NCBI RefSeq assembly: GCF_000185985.2 | Contig: NC_014909.2 | Coordinates: forward strand, 600,001-632,000 | DNA length: 32,000 nucleotides | Direction of reading: 5' to 3' | Source: Candidatus Saccharimonadota bacterium | Lineage (GTDB): Bacteria; Pseudomonadota; Gammaproteobacteria; Enterobacterales; Enterobacteriaceae | In this document: positions 11,288 to 21,073 of the stretch, piece after piece | Layout: every line of letters starts with the position of its first letter | Numbering within the stretch: position 1 is the stretch's first letter | Program-made: the position numbers and the translations under genes | The notes under the pieces: model-generated | Seen by the model: the letters and a program-made list of their open reading frames with translations, nothing else | Told to the model about the DNA's origin: nothing | Databases searched by the model: none

Positions 11288-12124
11288 ATGCACCCAATAC
11301 TCAACATTGCTATGCAAGCAATAAGAAAAGCTGGAAATTTTATCATTAAACAATATGAATTTTTCGGTAGAAACAATATTAGACTACCAAATTATATTCA
11401 AACCTTTTTAAATGATGTACGCAATGAATCTAACCAAATTATTTCCACAATTATTAAAAAATTTTATCCTTCGCATATAATTATTGATATTCATAACACA
11501 CACACTATTATGTCTATTCGAGAGCATAATCAAACGTACTGGATTATCGATTCTATCGATAGTGACATCAATTTTAGTAAACAGTTTCCATTCCTTACTT
11601 TATCTATTGCTGTACAACAAAACAAAAATATTGAAATAGGTGTAATATATGATCCTATCCACAATGAATTATTCAGTGCATGTCGAGGAAAAGGAGCTCG
11701 ATTTAATAACTACCATCGCATTCGATTATATCAAAATAATAATATTTTCCCCCCATCAAATAATTTTATGTTTACGGCAATATCATGCGATACTGAATAT
11801 ACACAATATAATAACCGTGCTATACGTATATTAAATAAATTACATAATTCTCAATCCCAAATGATTATGAATTTTAGATGTACTGGATCTGTAAATTTAG
11901 ATTTAATTTATGTTTCAATGGGCAGAACAGACGGATGTTTCATACTTTCTTCAAACAAAAACATCAAACTAATTAGTAGTGTTTTAATACTCAAAGAATC
12001 AGGGGGAATAATAACTGATTTTGAAGGTAATAATATTAACGATTATCTATTTAATGAAAACGTAATAGCAGGACACCCTAAACTAATAAAGAAAATACTA
12101 CCCTTAATAAAAAAAAATATTTAA
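11288..12124 (+). CDS. suhB: SuhB / inositol monophosphatase-family protein with divergent catalytic motifs
   Basis: 278-aa ORF. MHPILNIAMQAIRKAGNFI, VIYDPIHNELFSACRGKGA, FRCTGSVNLDLIYV and ESGGIITDF are collinear with E. coli SuhB. See the finding on eroded metal-binding motifs. Confidence 0.85.
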   Translation: MHPILNIAMQAIRKAGNFIIKQYEFFGRNNIRLPNYIQTFLNDVRNESNQIISTIIKKFYPSHIIIDIHNTHTIMSIREHNQTYWIIDSIDSDINFSKQFPFLTLSIAVQQNKNIEIGVIYDPIHNELFSACRGKGARFNNYHRIRLYQNNNIFPPSNNFMFTAISCDTEYTQYNNRAIRILNKLHNSQSQMIMNFRCTGSVNLDLIYVSMGRTDGCFILSSNKNIKLISSVLILKESGGIITDFEGNNINDYLFNENVIAGHPKLIKKILPLIKKNI

Positions 12125-12140
12125 TTCCGTTGTACAAATC

Positions 12141-13400
12141 TCATATTTTTATCTTCGAATACACTGGATATAAATTACATTTTTTTAATACGTTTTCTTT
12201 TATAGTTAAAATAATTTTTTCATTATTTATTTGTTTTAAAATATCACTTATCCATTCAGATAATTCTAAAATATCATCATTATTAAATCGACGCTTAGTT
12301 ATAGCAGAGGTTCCAATACGTATCCCAGAAGTAATAAAAGGAGGTCTACTATCATTAGGAATACAATTTTTATTAACAATAATATTAGCTCGTTCTAAAG
12401 CTAAACTAGCATCTTGTCCAGTAATATTATGATTCGTTAAATCTAACACAAATAAATGATTCTGCGGGACACCAGAAATTACTTTAAATCCACGCAAAGA
12501 AAACTCTCTAGCCATTACTTGAGCATTTTCTACCACTTGTCTTTGATATCTCTTAAAATCTAAAGTCATTGCCTCCTTAAAAGCTATAGCTTTAGCTGCA
12601 ATAACATGAACTAAAGGACCACCTTGTGATCCAGGAAATACTGAGGCATCTATTTTTTTATAAAAATCTAAATTATTTGCACTATTACTACTACTTCCAT
12701 TGGATAAAATCATTCCTCCTCTTGGTCCAGACAACGTTTTATGTGTGGTAGCTGTTACAACATGAGCATAAGGAATTGGATTAGGATACACTCCAGCCGC
12801 TACTAAACCAGCAACATGGGCCATATCAACAAAAAAATACGCTTTAACAGAGTCAGCAATTTCTCGCATTTTATCCCAATTAACAATACCTGAATATGAA
12901 GAAAATCCACCTATTATCATTCTAGGTTTATGTATTTGCGCTAAACATTGTAATTGTTCATAATCAATATTTCCAAATTCATCCAATCCATAAAACACAG
13001 TATTATATAATTTTCCTGAAAAATTTACCTTTGATCCATGAGTCAAATGTCCTCCATGTTGTAAATTCATGCCTATTATTGTATCTCCAGGATTTAATAA
13101 AGCATTATAAACAGAAAAATTTGCCTGAGAACCAGAATGGGGTTGTACATTAACATATTTAGCAGAAAACAACTTTTTAGCTCTATCTATAGCTAATTGT
13201 TCAATTAAATCAACATACTCACATCCTCCGTAATAACGATGCCCAGGATATCCTTCTGCATATTTATTAGTAAAAGCAGAACCTTGAGCCCTCATAGCTT
13301 GAGGACTAATATAACTTTCAGAAGCAATTAATTCTATATGTTGTTCCTGTCTAATGATTTCTTTTTTTATTATATTCCATACTTCAATATCATCATGCAT
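12141..13400 (-). CDS. glyA: serine hydroxymethyltransferase
   Basis: 419-aa [23 protein letters not shown] and the PLP-lysine motif [12 protein letters not shown] are collinear with E. coli GlyA. It converges on suhB with only a 16-bp gap. Confidence 0.96.
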   Translation of the reverse strand: MHDDIEVWNIIKKEIIRQEQHIELIASESYISPQAMRAQGSAFTNKYAEGYPGHRYYGGCEYVDLIEQLAIDRAKKLFSAKYVNVQPHSGSQANFSVYNALLNPGDTIIGMNLQHGGHLTHGSKVNFSGKLYNTVFYGLDEFGNIDYEQLQCLAQIHKPRMIIGGFSSYSGIVNWDKMREIADSVKAYFFVDMAHVAGLVAAGVYPNPIPYAHVVTATTHKTLSGPRGGMILSNGSSSNSANNLDFYKKIDASVFPGSQGGPLVHVIAAKAIAFKEAMTLDFKRYQRQVVENAQVMAREFSLRGFKVISGVPQNHLFVLDLTNHNITGQDASLALERANIIVNKNCIPNDSRPPFITSGIRIGTSAITKRRFNNDDILELSEWISDILKQINNEKIILTIKENVLKKCNLYPVYSKIKI

Positions 13401-13579
13401 ATATCAACTACTAAACAATAATCAACACCATAAAAAAGAACTATACAATAATACACAAATTAATACAACTATACACATCCTAACCCTAATAACCTACTTT
13501 ATATATTACTATTATATTTACATACCTCAATCTAAATTATAAGACTATTACGCACAACTGAATGTTATTCAGTACATAT

Positions 13580-14047
13580 TTAACGTTTATATTTAAAAAA
13601 ATCCCTTATCTGTTTAGAGCAAACTTCAGATAACACCCCTGTTTTTATATCACACTGATGATTAATCATGGCATGATCTATAAAATAATTAATCCTTAAT
13701 AAATTTATCCATCGTATTTTATTCCCTATTGCTCCACACACTAATCTATGAATACGAGCATTAATTATTGCCCCAACACACATAATACACGGTTCCATAG
13801 TTACATACAAAGTAGTATTCAACAACCGATAATTACCTAAATAATTCCCTCCTACACGCAATGCTATAATTTCTGCATGCGCACTAGGATCATGAAATAT
13901 TAATGCAGCATTATACCCGTACCCCACAAGTCTACCATCATATACCAATACCGCTCCTATTGCAACATTTCCAGACAAAGCCGCAACACTAGCTAAGGTT
14001 ATAGCATAACGCATCCATATTATATCCATATCCAACAAATCAAACAT
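13580..14047 (-). CDS. tadA: tRNA-specific adenosine-34 deaminase
   Basis: 155-aa ORF with the CDA-fold zinc motifs HAEIIAL and PCIMCVGA, collinear with E. coli TadA. Confidence 0.9.
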   Translation of the reverse strand: MFDLLDMDIIWMRYAITLASVAALSGNVAIGAVLVYDGRLVGYGYNAALIFHDPSAHAEIIALRVGGNYLGNYRLLNTTLYVTMEPCIMCVGAIINARIHRLVCGAIGNKIRWINLLRINYFIDHAMINHQCDIKTGVLSEVCSKQIRDFFKYKR

Positions 14048-14160
14048 AATGCATATATTTTGAAATTACGATGGTAATCAAAGTAAATAATTTACAAAAT
14101 AAATCATTAAAACTCATATTATTTTTTAATATATCTATTTTCTTTATTATTTTTAAAAGA

Positions 14161-14183
14161 ATAGATTGCAAATCTATGAATCA
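14161..14183 (-). terminator. candidate intrinsic terminator of the pdxJ-acpS unit
   Basis: On the minus strand, about 45 nt after the acpS stop, the sequence reads ATAGATT-TGC-AATCTAT (7-bp stem, 14161-14177) followed by TCTTTT. The stem is AT-rich, so it would be weak. Confidence 0.3.
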
Positions 14184-14225
14184 AATTCACTGCGCTTTTT
14201 AGATAAAAATAAAAAAATTATAATA

Positions 14226-14603
14226 TTAACACTCTAAAATTACTACTGCACAAGCATACACACGAGTATCAGTTAAAGTAACATATGTCTTTTTCAAAGC
14301 CAATCTTTCAGCTAACTGGGCGGCACAAGAAAAAAAACGCAACCCCGGTTGTCCATAATCATCATTAAATATTTCAAATTGATTAAAAGCTATTCCTTGT
14401 TTCATACCCGTCCCAAATGCTTTCGATGCTGCTTCTTTTGCAACAAATCTCTTGGATAAAAAATAAACAGAATTTTTTTTTTGATAATAAATCTCTAATT
14501 CTAATTTACTAAGGATACGTTGAGCTAATTTATCTCCACTCCGCACTATTATTTTTTTTATCCTATCTATTTCTATTATATCCATTCCTATTCCATGAAT
14601 CAC
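14226..14603 (-). CDS. acpS: holo-[acyl-carrier-protein] synthase
   Basis: 125-aa ORF. (M)IHGIGMDIIEIDRI and FVAKEAASKAFGTG are collinear with E. coli AcpS. It uses a GTG start at 14603-14601, preceded by AAGGAGG (14617-14611) with a 7-nt spacer. Confidence 0.92.
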   Translation of the reverse strand: MIHGIGMDIIEIDRIKKIIVRSGDKLAQRILSKLELEIYYQKKNSVYFLSKRFVAKEAASKAFGTGMKQGIAFNQFEIFNDDYGQPGLRFFSCAAQLAERLALKKTYVTLTDTRVYACAVVILEC

Positions 14604-15351
14604 TACGGATCCTCCTTGATTCTATTAATAATGTTTTCATATCTAATATTGCTTGCAATAAACCATCAAATATAGCTCTACTTATAATAGAATGTCCTAT
14701 ATTTAATTCTTGTATTTCAATAAACTTTGAAATAGCTTGTACATTACTATAATTAAGTCCATGACCAGCATTTACTATTAATCCACAATTGTCAGCATAC
14801 TTTATGCTATTTGCTATTCGTTTATATTCTGTATCAATTATTCTAATATTATTATTATTTAAAGCATTAGCATATAATCCTGTATGTAATTCCACACATG
14901 CAGCTCCAATTAAACACGCCGCATCTATTTGTTTTTCATCAGGATCAATAAATAACGAAACTCGAATTCCAACATCTTGCAATTTACTTACTACATCTTT
15001 TAATCTATTGACCTGATTAATTAAATTTAATCCACCTTCAGTAGTAAGTTCTTGACGTTTTTCAGGAACTAAGCAACAAAAATCAGGTTTTATTTGATAT
15101 GCAATATTGATCATTTCATCTACTACTGCAATTTCTAAATTCATAGTAGTCTGTATAGTCTCTCGAAGCAATTTAATATCTCGATCTGTAATATGTCTTC
15201 TATCTTCTCTTAAATGCACAGTAATACCATCTATCTTTCCTGATTTTTCTGCGATGAACGCAGCATGCACAGGATCAGGATATTTAGTTCCCCTCAAGTT
15301 TCTTATAGTTGCTATATGATCAACATTTAAAGCTAACAATACGTCAGACAT
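14563..15351 (-). CDS. pdxJ: pyridoxine 5'-phosphate synthase
   Basis: 262-aa ORF. LNVDHIATIRNLRG, HLREDRRHITDRD and NAGHGLNY match PdxJ. The ORF continues about 17 codons past the position of the E. coli C-terminus and overlaps acpS by 41 nt. Confidence 0.93.
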   Translation of the reverse strand: MSDVLLALNVDHIATIRNLRGTKYPDPVHAAFIAEKSGKIDGITVHLREDRRHITDRDIKLLRETIQTTMNLEIAVVDEMINIAYQIKPDFCCLVPEKRQELTTEGGLNLINQVNRLKDVVSKLQDVGIRVSLFIDPDEKQIDAACLIGAACVELHTGLYANALNNNNIRIIDTEYKRIANSIKYADNCGLIVNAGHGLNYSNVQAISKFIEIQELNIGHSIISRAIFDGLLQAILDMKTLLIESRRIRSDSWNRNGYNRNR

Positions 15352-15640
15352 AACTCAACTCACATAAAATTCTGTATAATTTACCTTACACTAATATACC
15401 CACCCACTTTTAATTACATTAATTTAACATAATAAAATTCATAAAACACAATCCATGTATCCTTCCTCCTCTTCCTAAGCAGGATACAAAAAAACAAATA
15501 ATTTTAATACATTAAATTACTATTAATACCCCCCCAAAAATAACATTTATACATCTAATAAAATTATATAATCTACATTATTTACTTAAATAAAAAATTA
15601 TTTCTCAATAAAAGATTTGATGTGTATATTACAATCGAAA

Positions 15641-16336
15641 TTATCCTTCACAATCTTCATTTTGTATTAATATTTTTAAAGCATTTTCTGCTGCTGATTG
15701 TTCAGCTTTTTGTATGCTAGATCCATACCCTATTGATGGATCTGTTAATTGACTAATCTGGCAGAATATAGTAAACATCTGACTGTGCGCTTTACCTTGA
15801 ATTCGATTTACATAATATATAGGCAAAGGACAACCATGTCGTTGTAAATATTCTTGCAAACGAGTTTTAGGATCTTTTTGTTTATTCATAAAATTTATTG
15901 CATTTAAATGACATAAATACCAATTATTAATTAGTATTTCTACAGTTTTCATGTTACTATCTAAAAATACCCCTCCTATTATTGCTTCAACTGTATTCGA
16001 TAAAATAGACTCGCGACTAATTCCACCATTTTTTAATTCTCCTTGTCCTAATTTTAAATATTCCCCCACATTAAATTCTTTAGCTAACCTTACTAAAGTT
16101 TTAGAACATACTAAATTCGACCGTATTCTACTCATATCGCCTTCACTAATACAATTATATCTATGATATAATAGATTAGCAACCACATAATTTAGTATAG
16201 CATCACCTAAAAATTCCAACCTTTCATTATGTTGATTACTAAAACTTCTATGTGTTAAAGCTAATTCTAATAAATCTAATTTACAAAAAAAATATCCTAA
16301 TTTTCCTTGAAGTACATTAAAATCTAAAGAACTCAT
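15641..16336 (-). CDS. rnc: ribonuclease III
   Basis: 231-aa ORF with the RNase III signature [15 protein letters not shown], the catalytic region [14 protein letters not shown], and a C-terminal dsRBD ([22 protein letters not shown]). Confidence 0.95.
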   Translation of the reverse strand: MSSLDFNVLQGKLGYFFCKLDLLELALTHRSFSNQHNERLEFLGDAILNYVVANLLYHRYNCISEGDMSRIRSNLVCSKTLVRLAKEFNVGEYLKLGQGELKNGGISRESILSNTVEAIIGGVFLDSNMKTVEILINNWYLCHLNAINFMNKQKDPKTRLQEYLQRHGCPLPIYYVNRIQGKAHSQMFTIFCQISQLTDPSIGYGSSIQKAEQSAAENALKILIQNEDCEG

Positions 16337-16406
16337 ATATAAAAAACACTCAAAAAACTTATATGCATCTCATAAACTTACCAAATTATATATATATTAT
16401 CAATTT

Positions 16407-17408
16407 TCATCGTATTATATTTCCTATTCTATTAAACTGTATACCAGTAGGCCATTGTCTTTCTTGTTTTTTTAAACTCAACCAAATCATTACAGCTTTT
16501 CCAATAATATTTTGAGTAGGCACACACCCCCAATAACGACTATCTGAGCTATTATCTCTATTATCACCCATTACAAAATATTCATTTTTAGGAACAATCC
16601 ACTCAGATACTAAATGACTAGAATGTTGATCATACATTTTCATAAACCTAATATCTCCAGGTGAAATCATGGTTAAAATATTATGTTTTAAACCACCGAA
16701 TGATTCCACAGTTTCAACCAATCTAATTCCATCAGGATAATCTTTTACCGAATCATCCTCAATTTTTATAAAATTTGTATTTATTTCTCCAGTTCTAGAT
16801 TTGTAAAAAGTCTGAACAAAATTACTTAACATAATATTACTATAAGTAATTGATAATTCTTTGCTATATTCACCATGATCATCTATAGGATATATTATTA
16901 ATTTTTTACTTATTATATTGTAAATTATTTTATCCCCAGGTTCACCTATTACTCTTTTAATATAATTTAATTTTAAATCCTTAGGATATTTAAAAACTAC
17001 TAAATCTCCACGTTTTGGTTTATTAAAATTAATTAAAGTCTTATGATTAATAGGATCTTTAATCCCATATACAAATTTATTTACTAAAATTAAATCTCCA
17101 ATTAACAAAGTAGGCATCATAGATCCAGATGGAATTTGAAATGGTTCAAAAATAAATGATCTAAATATAAAAATCAGTAATAATACTGGAAAAATAGAAG
17201 AAATACATTCATATGATTTTGAAAAAAACAATGTAAATAAATTTAAAACATTATTTGAGCTCCAACAATCACTTTGAATTTCTTTTAAATTTATTTTTTT
17301 AAATTCATTTCGTTTATACAAAAAAATCACATATAATTTTTTTAATATCCAACATATACCTGATAAGCCTGTAATAAACATTAAAATGAAGGAAAATGTA
17401 TTAATCAT
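16407..17408 (-). CDS. lepB: signal peptidase I
   Basis: 333-aa ORF with N-terminal TM segments, the catalytic serine box IPSGSMMPTL, the lysine box YIKRVIG, and GDNRDNSSDSRYWG. Confidence 0.94.
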   Translation of the reverse strand: MINTFSFILMFITGLSGICWILKKLYVIFLYKRNEFKKINLKEIQSDCWSSNNVLNLFTLFFSKSYECISSIFPVLLLIFIFRSFIFEPFQIPSGSMMPTLLIGDLILVNKFVYGIKDPINHKTLINFNKPKRGDLVVFKYPKDLKLNYIKRVIGEPGDKIIYNIISKKLIIYPIDDHGEYSKELSITYSNIMLSNFVQTFYKSRTGEINTNFIKIEDDSVKDYPDGIRLVETVESFGGLKHNILTMISPGDIRFMKMYDQHSSHLVSEWIVPKNEYFVMGDNRDNSSDSRYWGCVPTQNIIGKAVMIWLSLKKQERQWPTGIQFNRIGNIIR

Positions 17409-17462
17409 ATATATATAAACCTATCACATAAATATTAAAATAAACACTGAAAGACATAATAT

Positions 17463-19253
17463 TCAGTCATTTCTACTTAAAAGAGATAAAAAAGCTCCTC
17501 GAGTTAAACTAACATTCCCTAACTGTTTCATTCTTTTTTTACCCATTTTTTGATTATACAATAATTTATTTTTTCTAGTTATATCTCCACCATAACACTT
17601 ATGTGTAACATTTTTTCTTAATTGTTTCACAGTATTACGACATATAATCCGATTACCAATAGCTGCTTGAATTGAAATATCAAACTGTTGTCTTGGTATT
17701 AATAATTGTAATCTATTTATCAATGCATAACCTTTTCTTCTCACTAATGTTCGATGTGTAATCATCGCCAATTCATTAATACGTTTGCCATTGATTAATA
17801 TCTCTAAACATACTACATCAGATACCTGAAATCGCTTGAACTCATATTCAAATGAAGCATATCCCCTAGAAATTGACTTAATATTATCAAAAAAATCTAA
17901 TATTATTTCAGACATAGGTAATTCATAAATTAAAGACACCTGATCTTTTTTATAATTTAAAGATATTTGAACACCTCGTTTTTTAGTACACAATTCAATA
18001 ATTCTTCCTAAATATATTTTTGGAAATACAAAACTACACAAAGCAATAGGTTCACGTATTTCTTTAATATTAGGTATAGATAAAAATTTAGCTGCATTAT
18101 CTACAGATAATATCTTATTTCCAATAGTTAATATTTCATATGCCACCTCTGGAGCAGTAGCAACTAAATCTACAGAATATTCTCTTTTCAATCTTTCTTG
18201 GATAATATCCATATGTAATAAACCTAAAAATCCACAACGAAAACCCAATCCTAAATATTCCGAGTTTTCCGGTTCATAATGTAAAGATGCATCATTTAAA
18301 CTTAATTTATACAAAGCATCAGAAAAAAATTTATGTGTTGTAGATCCAACAGGGAACAACCCTGAGTATACACAATGTTGAACTTTTTTAAACTTAGGTA
18401 ACGCCACTTTTGCTGGATCTGCCACTGCAGTTAAAGTATCTCCTACTTCAGCGCTTGCAATATGCTTAGAAGCATACACTAACCATCCTACTTCTCCACA
18501 ATGCAATAAGGCACATTCTATTTGTTTTGGAGTAAATATACCTATTTGCTCTACAACAAAAATTTTTTCTGTGCTCATAGATTTTAGCATATCACCTTTA
18601 TGTATAACTCCATTTTTAACACATATTAATGACACCACCCCTAAATACTTGTTAAACCATGAATCAATGATTAATACTTGCAAAGGAGCATTAGGATCAC
18701 CTTGAGGAGGAGGAACATTATCAATTAAACATTCTAATATTTTAGATACTCCAAAACCAGTTTTTGAAGAACATAAAATTATATCTTTTATATTAGTCCC
18801 AATAACATTATGTATTGTCCTAGACATTTGCTCAATATTTGCCGTTAATAAATCTACTTTATTTAAAATCACAAGAACTTTTAAATTCATTTCCATAGCA
18901 ATTTGATAATTAGCTACAGTTTGAGCCTCAATACCTTGAGATGCATCAATTACTAATAAAGCACCTTCACATGCTGATAAGGAACGAAATACTTCATGAG
19001 TAAAATCAACATGCCCAGGAGTATCTATTAAATTTAACTTATACCTTTCTCCATTTTTAGAAACATAATTTAAAGTTACACTTTGAGATTTAATAGTAAT
19101 ACCACGCTCGCGTTCTAAATCCATAGAATCTAAAACTTGTGATTTCATTTCACGTTCATTCAGCCCCCCACACATTTGAATAAATCGATCAGATAATGTT
19201 GATTTACCATGATTAACATGAGCAATAATAGAAAAATTACGTATATATTTCAT
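17463..19253 (-). CDS. lepA: translation elongation factor 4
   Basis: 596-aa [31 protein letters not shown] and NKVD are collinear with E. coli LepA. It lies in the conserved lepA-lepB-rnc order. Confidence 0.96.
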   Translation of the reverse strand: MKYIRNFSIIAHVNHGKSTLSDRFIQMCGGLNEREMKSQVLDSMDLERERGITIKSQSVTLNYVSKNGERYKLNLIDTPGHVDFTHEVFRSLSACEGALLVIDASQGIEAQTVANYQIAMEMNLKVLVILNKVDLLTANIEQMSRTIHNVIGTNIKDIILCSSKTGFGVSKILECLIDNVPPPQGDPNAPLQVLIIDSWFNKYLGVVSLICVKNGVIHKGDMLKSMSTEKIFVVEQIGIFTPKQIECALLHCGEVGWLVYASKHIASAEVGDTLTAVADPAKVALPKFKKVQHCVYSGLFPVGSTTHKFFSDALYKLSLNDASLHYEPENSEYLGLGFRCGFLGLLHMDIIQERLKREYSVDLVATAPEVAYEILTIGNKILSVDNAAKFLSIPNIKEIREPIALCSFVFPKIYLGRIIELCTKKRGVQISLNYKKDQVSLIYELPMSEIILDFFDNIKSISRGYASFEYEFKRFQVSDVVCLEILINGKRINELAMITHRTLVRRKGYALINRLQLLIPRQQFDISIQAAIGNRIICRNTVKQLRKNVTHKCYGGDITRKNKLLYNQKMGKKRMKQLGNVSLTRGAFLSLLSRND

Positions 19254-19402
19254 TTTATATATTTGACTTTCTCCATATTGACTAAAACTACATATATTAT
19301 AAATGTAAATATTTATAATATCGATATAAATAACAATATTTACATTATTAATATAAACATCAATGCTATACTTAACAAATTTATTATATAAAAATTATTT
19401 TT

Positions 19403-20071
19403 ATGAATCAAAGATTAACCTGGAAACTTTTGCTATCAAAAGAAACAAAACTTCCTTATTTTAAAAAAATATTTAATATTTTAAACCAAAAAAATAAATT
19501 AGGGATCACTATTTATCCTAAATCCACTGATATCTTTAATGCGTTTCGTTTTACCGAATTTGAATCTGTAAAAGTTGTAATACTAGGACAAGACCCCTAT
19601 CATAGACCTAATCAAGCACATGGACTTGCTTTTTCTGTTTCTCCTGGAATTACTCCACCTCCTTCGTTAAAGAATATTTATAAGGAGCTATCAACCGATA
19701 TTTCTGATTTTATTACTCCAAAACATGGTTACTTACTATCTTGGGCAAAAGAAGGAGTTTTATTATTAAATAGTATTTTAACCGTTGAACAAGGAAAGAG
19801 TTGTTCTCACGCATATATTGGATGGGAAAAATTTACTGATAAAATCATACATATACTTAATATCTATCAAAAAAATATTGTATTTTTACTATGGGGTAAT
19901 TATGCTAAAAGAAAAGGTAAAATTATAAATACACAAAAACATTATATTTTAAGTGCTGCGCATCCCTCCCCTCTATCAGCACATTATGGATTTTTAGGAT
20001 GCAAACATTTTTCTAAAACTAATGCACTTTTATTAAAACATAATAAAAACACTATTAATTGGAAATTGTAA
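19403..20071 (+). CDS. ung: uracil-DNA glycosylase
   Basis: 222-aa ORF with family-1 UDG motifs VVILGQDPYH and AAHPSPLSA. Confidence 0.94.
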   Translation: MNQRLTWKLLLSKETKLPYFKKIFNILNQKNKLGITIYPKSTDIFNAFRFTEFESVKVVILGQDPYHRPNQAHGLAFSVSPGITPPPSLKNIYKELSTDISDFITPKHGYLLSWAKEGVLLLNSILTVEQGKSCSHAYIGWEKFTDKIIHILNIYQKNIVFLLWGNYAKRKGKIINTQKHYILSAAHPSPLSAHYGFLGCKHFSKTNALLLKHNKNTINWKL

Positions 20072-20357
20072 AAATTTTAATCTGCTTTATATTTAATTCG
20101 AACAAATAATATTTATTTATTCGCAGCATCCCCCTAAATCCTATACCAAACTTATCAATACAAAACATAAAAGCATATTAAGGATTTATTATCTGCATAT
20201 ATAAACGATACACTAAAAATATTCATAATTTATGATTTTCTTAATAAGAAAATTTCTTACACTCATCACAAAATTAATCATATTTTATATAAAAATGGTT
20301 ACATAATGATCACATATATAAATAATTATTATTTAACTTATTCAATAATAAACAACT

Positions 20358-20948
20358 TCAACATTTAGATTTCGATACGGTCACCATAGCCGGCCGAATC
20401 AATCTTCCATTAAGCAAATATCCTTTCTGAATAATCGTTAATACTTGATTGGCCTGACATTCCTTTGACTCTATTGTAGATATTGCCTGATGTATTTCAG
20501 GATTAAATGGAACATGAATTTCATGTATAGATTCTACTCCAAATTTATACACAGTATCCAAAAACGATTTTAGAGTTAAATCAATGCCTTCTACAATCAT
20601 AGAAAAAGAATTATTAGTACGATCAACCATACCTAATGCCCGTTCTAAATTATCAATCACTGGTAATAATTCTGCCACAAATCTCTCTAAGGCAAACTTA
20701 TGAGCTTTTTCTATTTCTTGTATATTACGTCTACGAATATTTTCTATTTCAGCTTGAAGACGTAAAACAGTATCTCTTTCATGTTCTTTCAGTTGAGATA
20801 ACTGCAATTCTAATTTAATAATTTGATCATTTTTTAAATCAATAATATTATTGATATTGGAGGTAGATTCTGACGACTCTTCTTTCAAATTTACTGCATT
20901 AGAACAAGCAATCTTATCATCAAGGTTATCTTTATTATTATCTATCAT
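20358..20948 (-). CDS. grpE: nucleotide exchange factor GrpE
   Basis: 196-aa ORF with a long N-terminal coiled-coil region followed by [21 protein letters not shown] and [14 protein letters not shown], as in E. coli GrpE. The motif GGAGA lies 8 nt upstream of the ATG. Confidence 0.92.
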   Translation of the reverse strand: MIDNNKDNLDDKIACSNAVNLKEESSESTSNINNIIDLKNDQIIKLELQLSQLKEHERDTVLRLQAEIENIRRRNIQEIEKAHKFALERFVAELLPVIDNLERALGMVDRTNNSFSMIVEGIDLTLKSFLDTVYKFGVESIHEIHVPFNPEIHQAISTIESKECQANQVLTIIQKGYLLNGRLIRPAMVTVSKSKC

Positions 20949-20990
20949 GAATTTTCTCCGTTTCTTAATTATATATTTTATAATTCAGTT

Positions 20991-21018
20991 ATTATAAGGA
21001 TGAATAGCAGGTATTCAA
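20991..21018 (-). promoter_or_regulatory. candidate grpE promoter (sigma32-like layout that also reads as a sigma70 consensus)
   Basis: The minus strand reads CTTGAAT-N13-CCTTATAAT, about 42 nt upstream of the grpE ATG. This resembles the sigma32 consensus CTTGAAA-N13/14-CCCCATnT. The same bases also give TTGAAT-16 nt-TATAAT. Confidence 0.4.
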
Positions 21019-21073
21019 GACTCATTTATAATGAATAAAAAATATAATTTATACAAAAAAGGCTCAAAATAAC

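Noticed and set aside
11649-11834. 61-aa plus-strand ORF in an alternative frame inside suhB
   Set aside because: It is nested out of frame in a gene whose main frame has clear homology. It has no independent support.
12130-12432. 100-aa plus-strand ORF
   Set aside because: It is antisense to the 3' end of glyA and is hydrophobic and low-complexity by composition only.
13354-13542. 62-aa plus-strand ORF spanning the glyA start and the upstream spacer
   Set aside because: It is a low-complexity Ile/Tyr/Asn-rich product of AT-rich DNA. It has no SD and no homology.
14789-15319. Plus-strand ORFs at 14789-15016 and 15107-15319
   Set aside because: Both are antisense to pdxJ.
15951-16166. 71-aa plus-strand ORF
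   Set aside because: It is antisense to rnc.
19209-19391. 60-aa plus-strand ORF across the lepA start and the lepA-ung spacer
   Set aside because: It is an Ile/Asn repeat-like translation of AT-rich intergenic DNA and overlaps the lepA start on the opposite strand.
20235-20253. Hairpin ATTTTCTT-AAT-AAGAAAAT between the convergent ung and grpE genes
   Set aside because: The stem is almost entirely A-T (one G-C pair) and has only a short T run. It could be a weak bidirectional terminator, but it is indistinguishable from chance AT palindromes.
20636-20818. 60-aa plus-strand ORF
   Set aside because: It is antisense to grpE.
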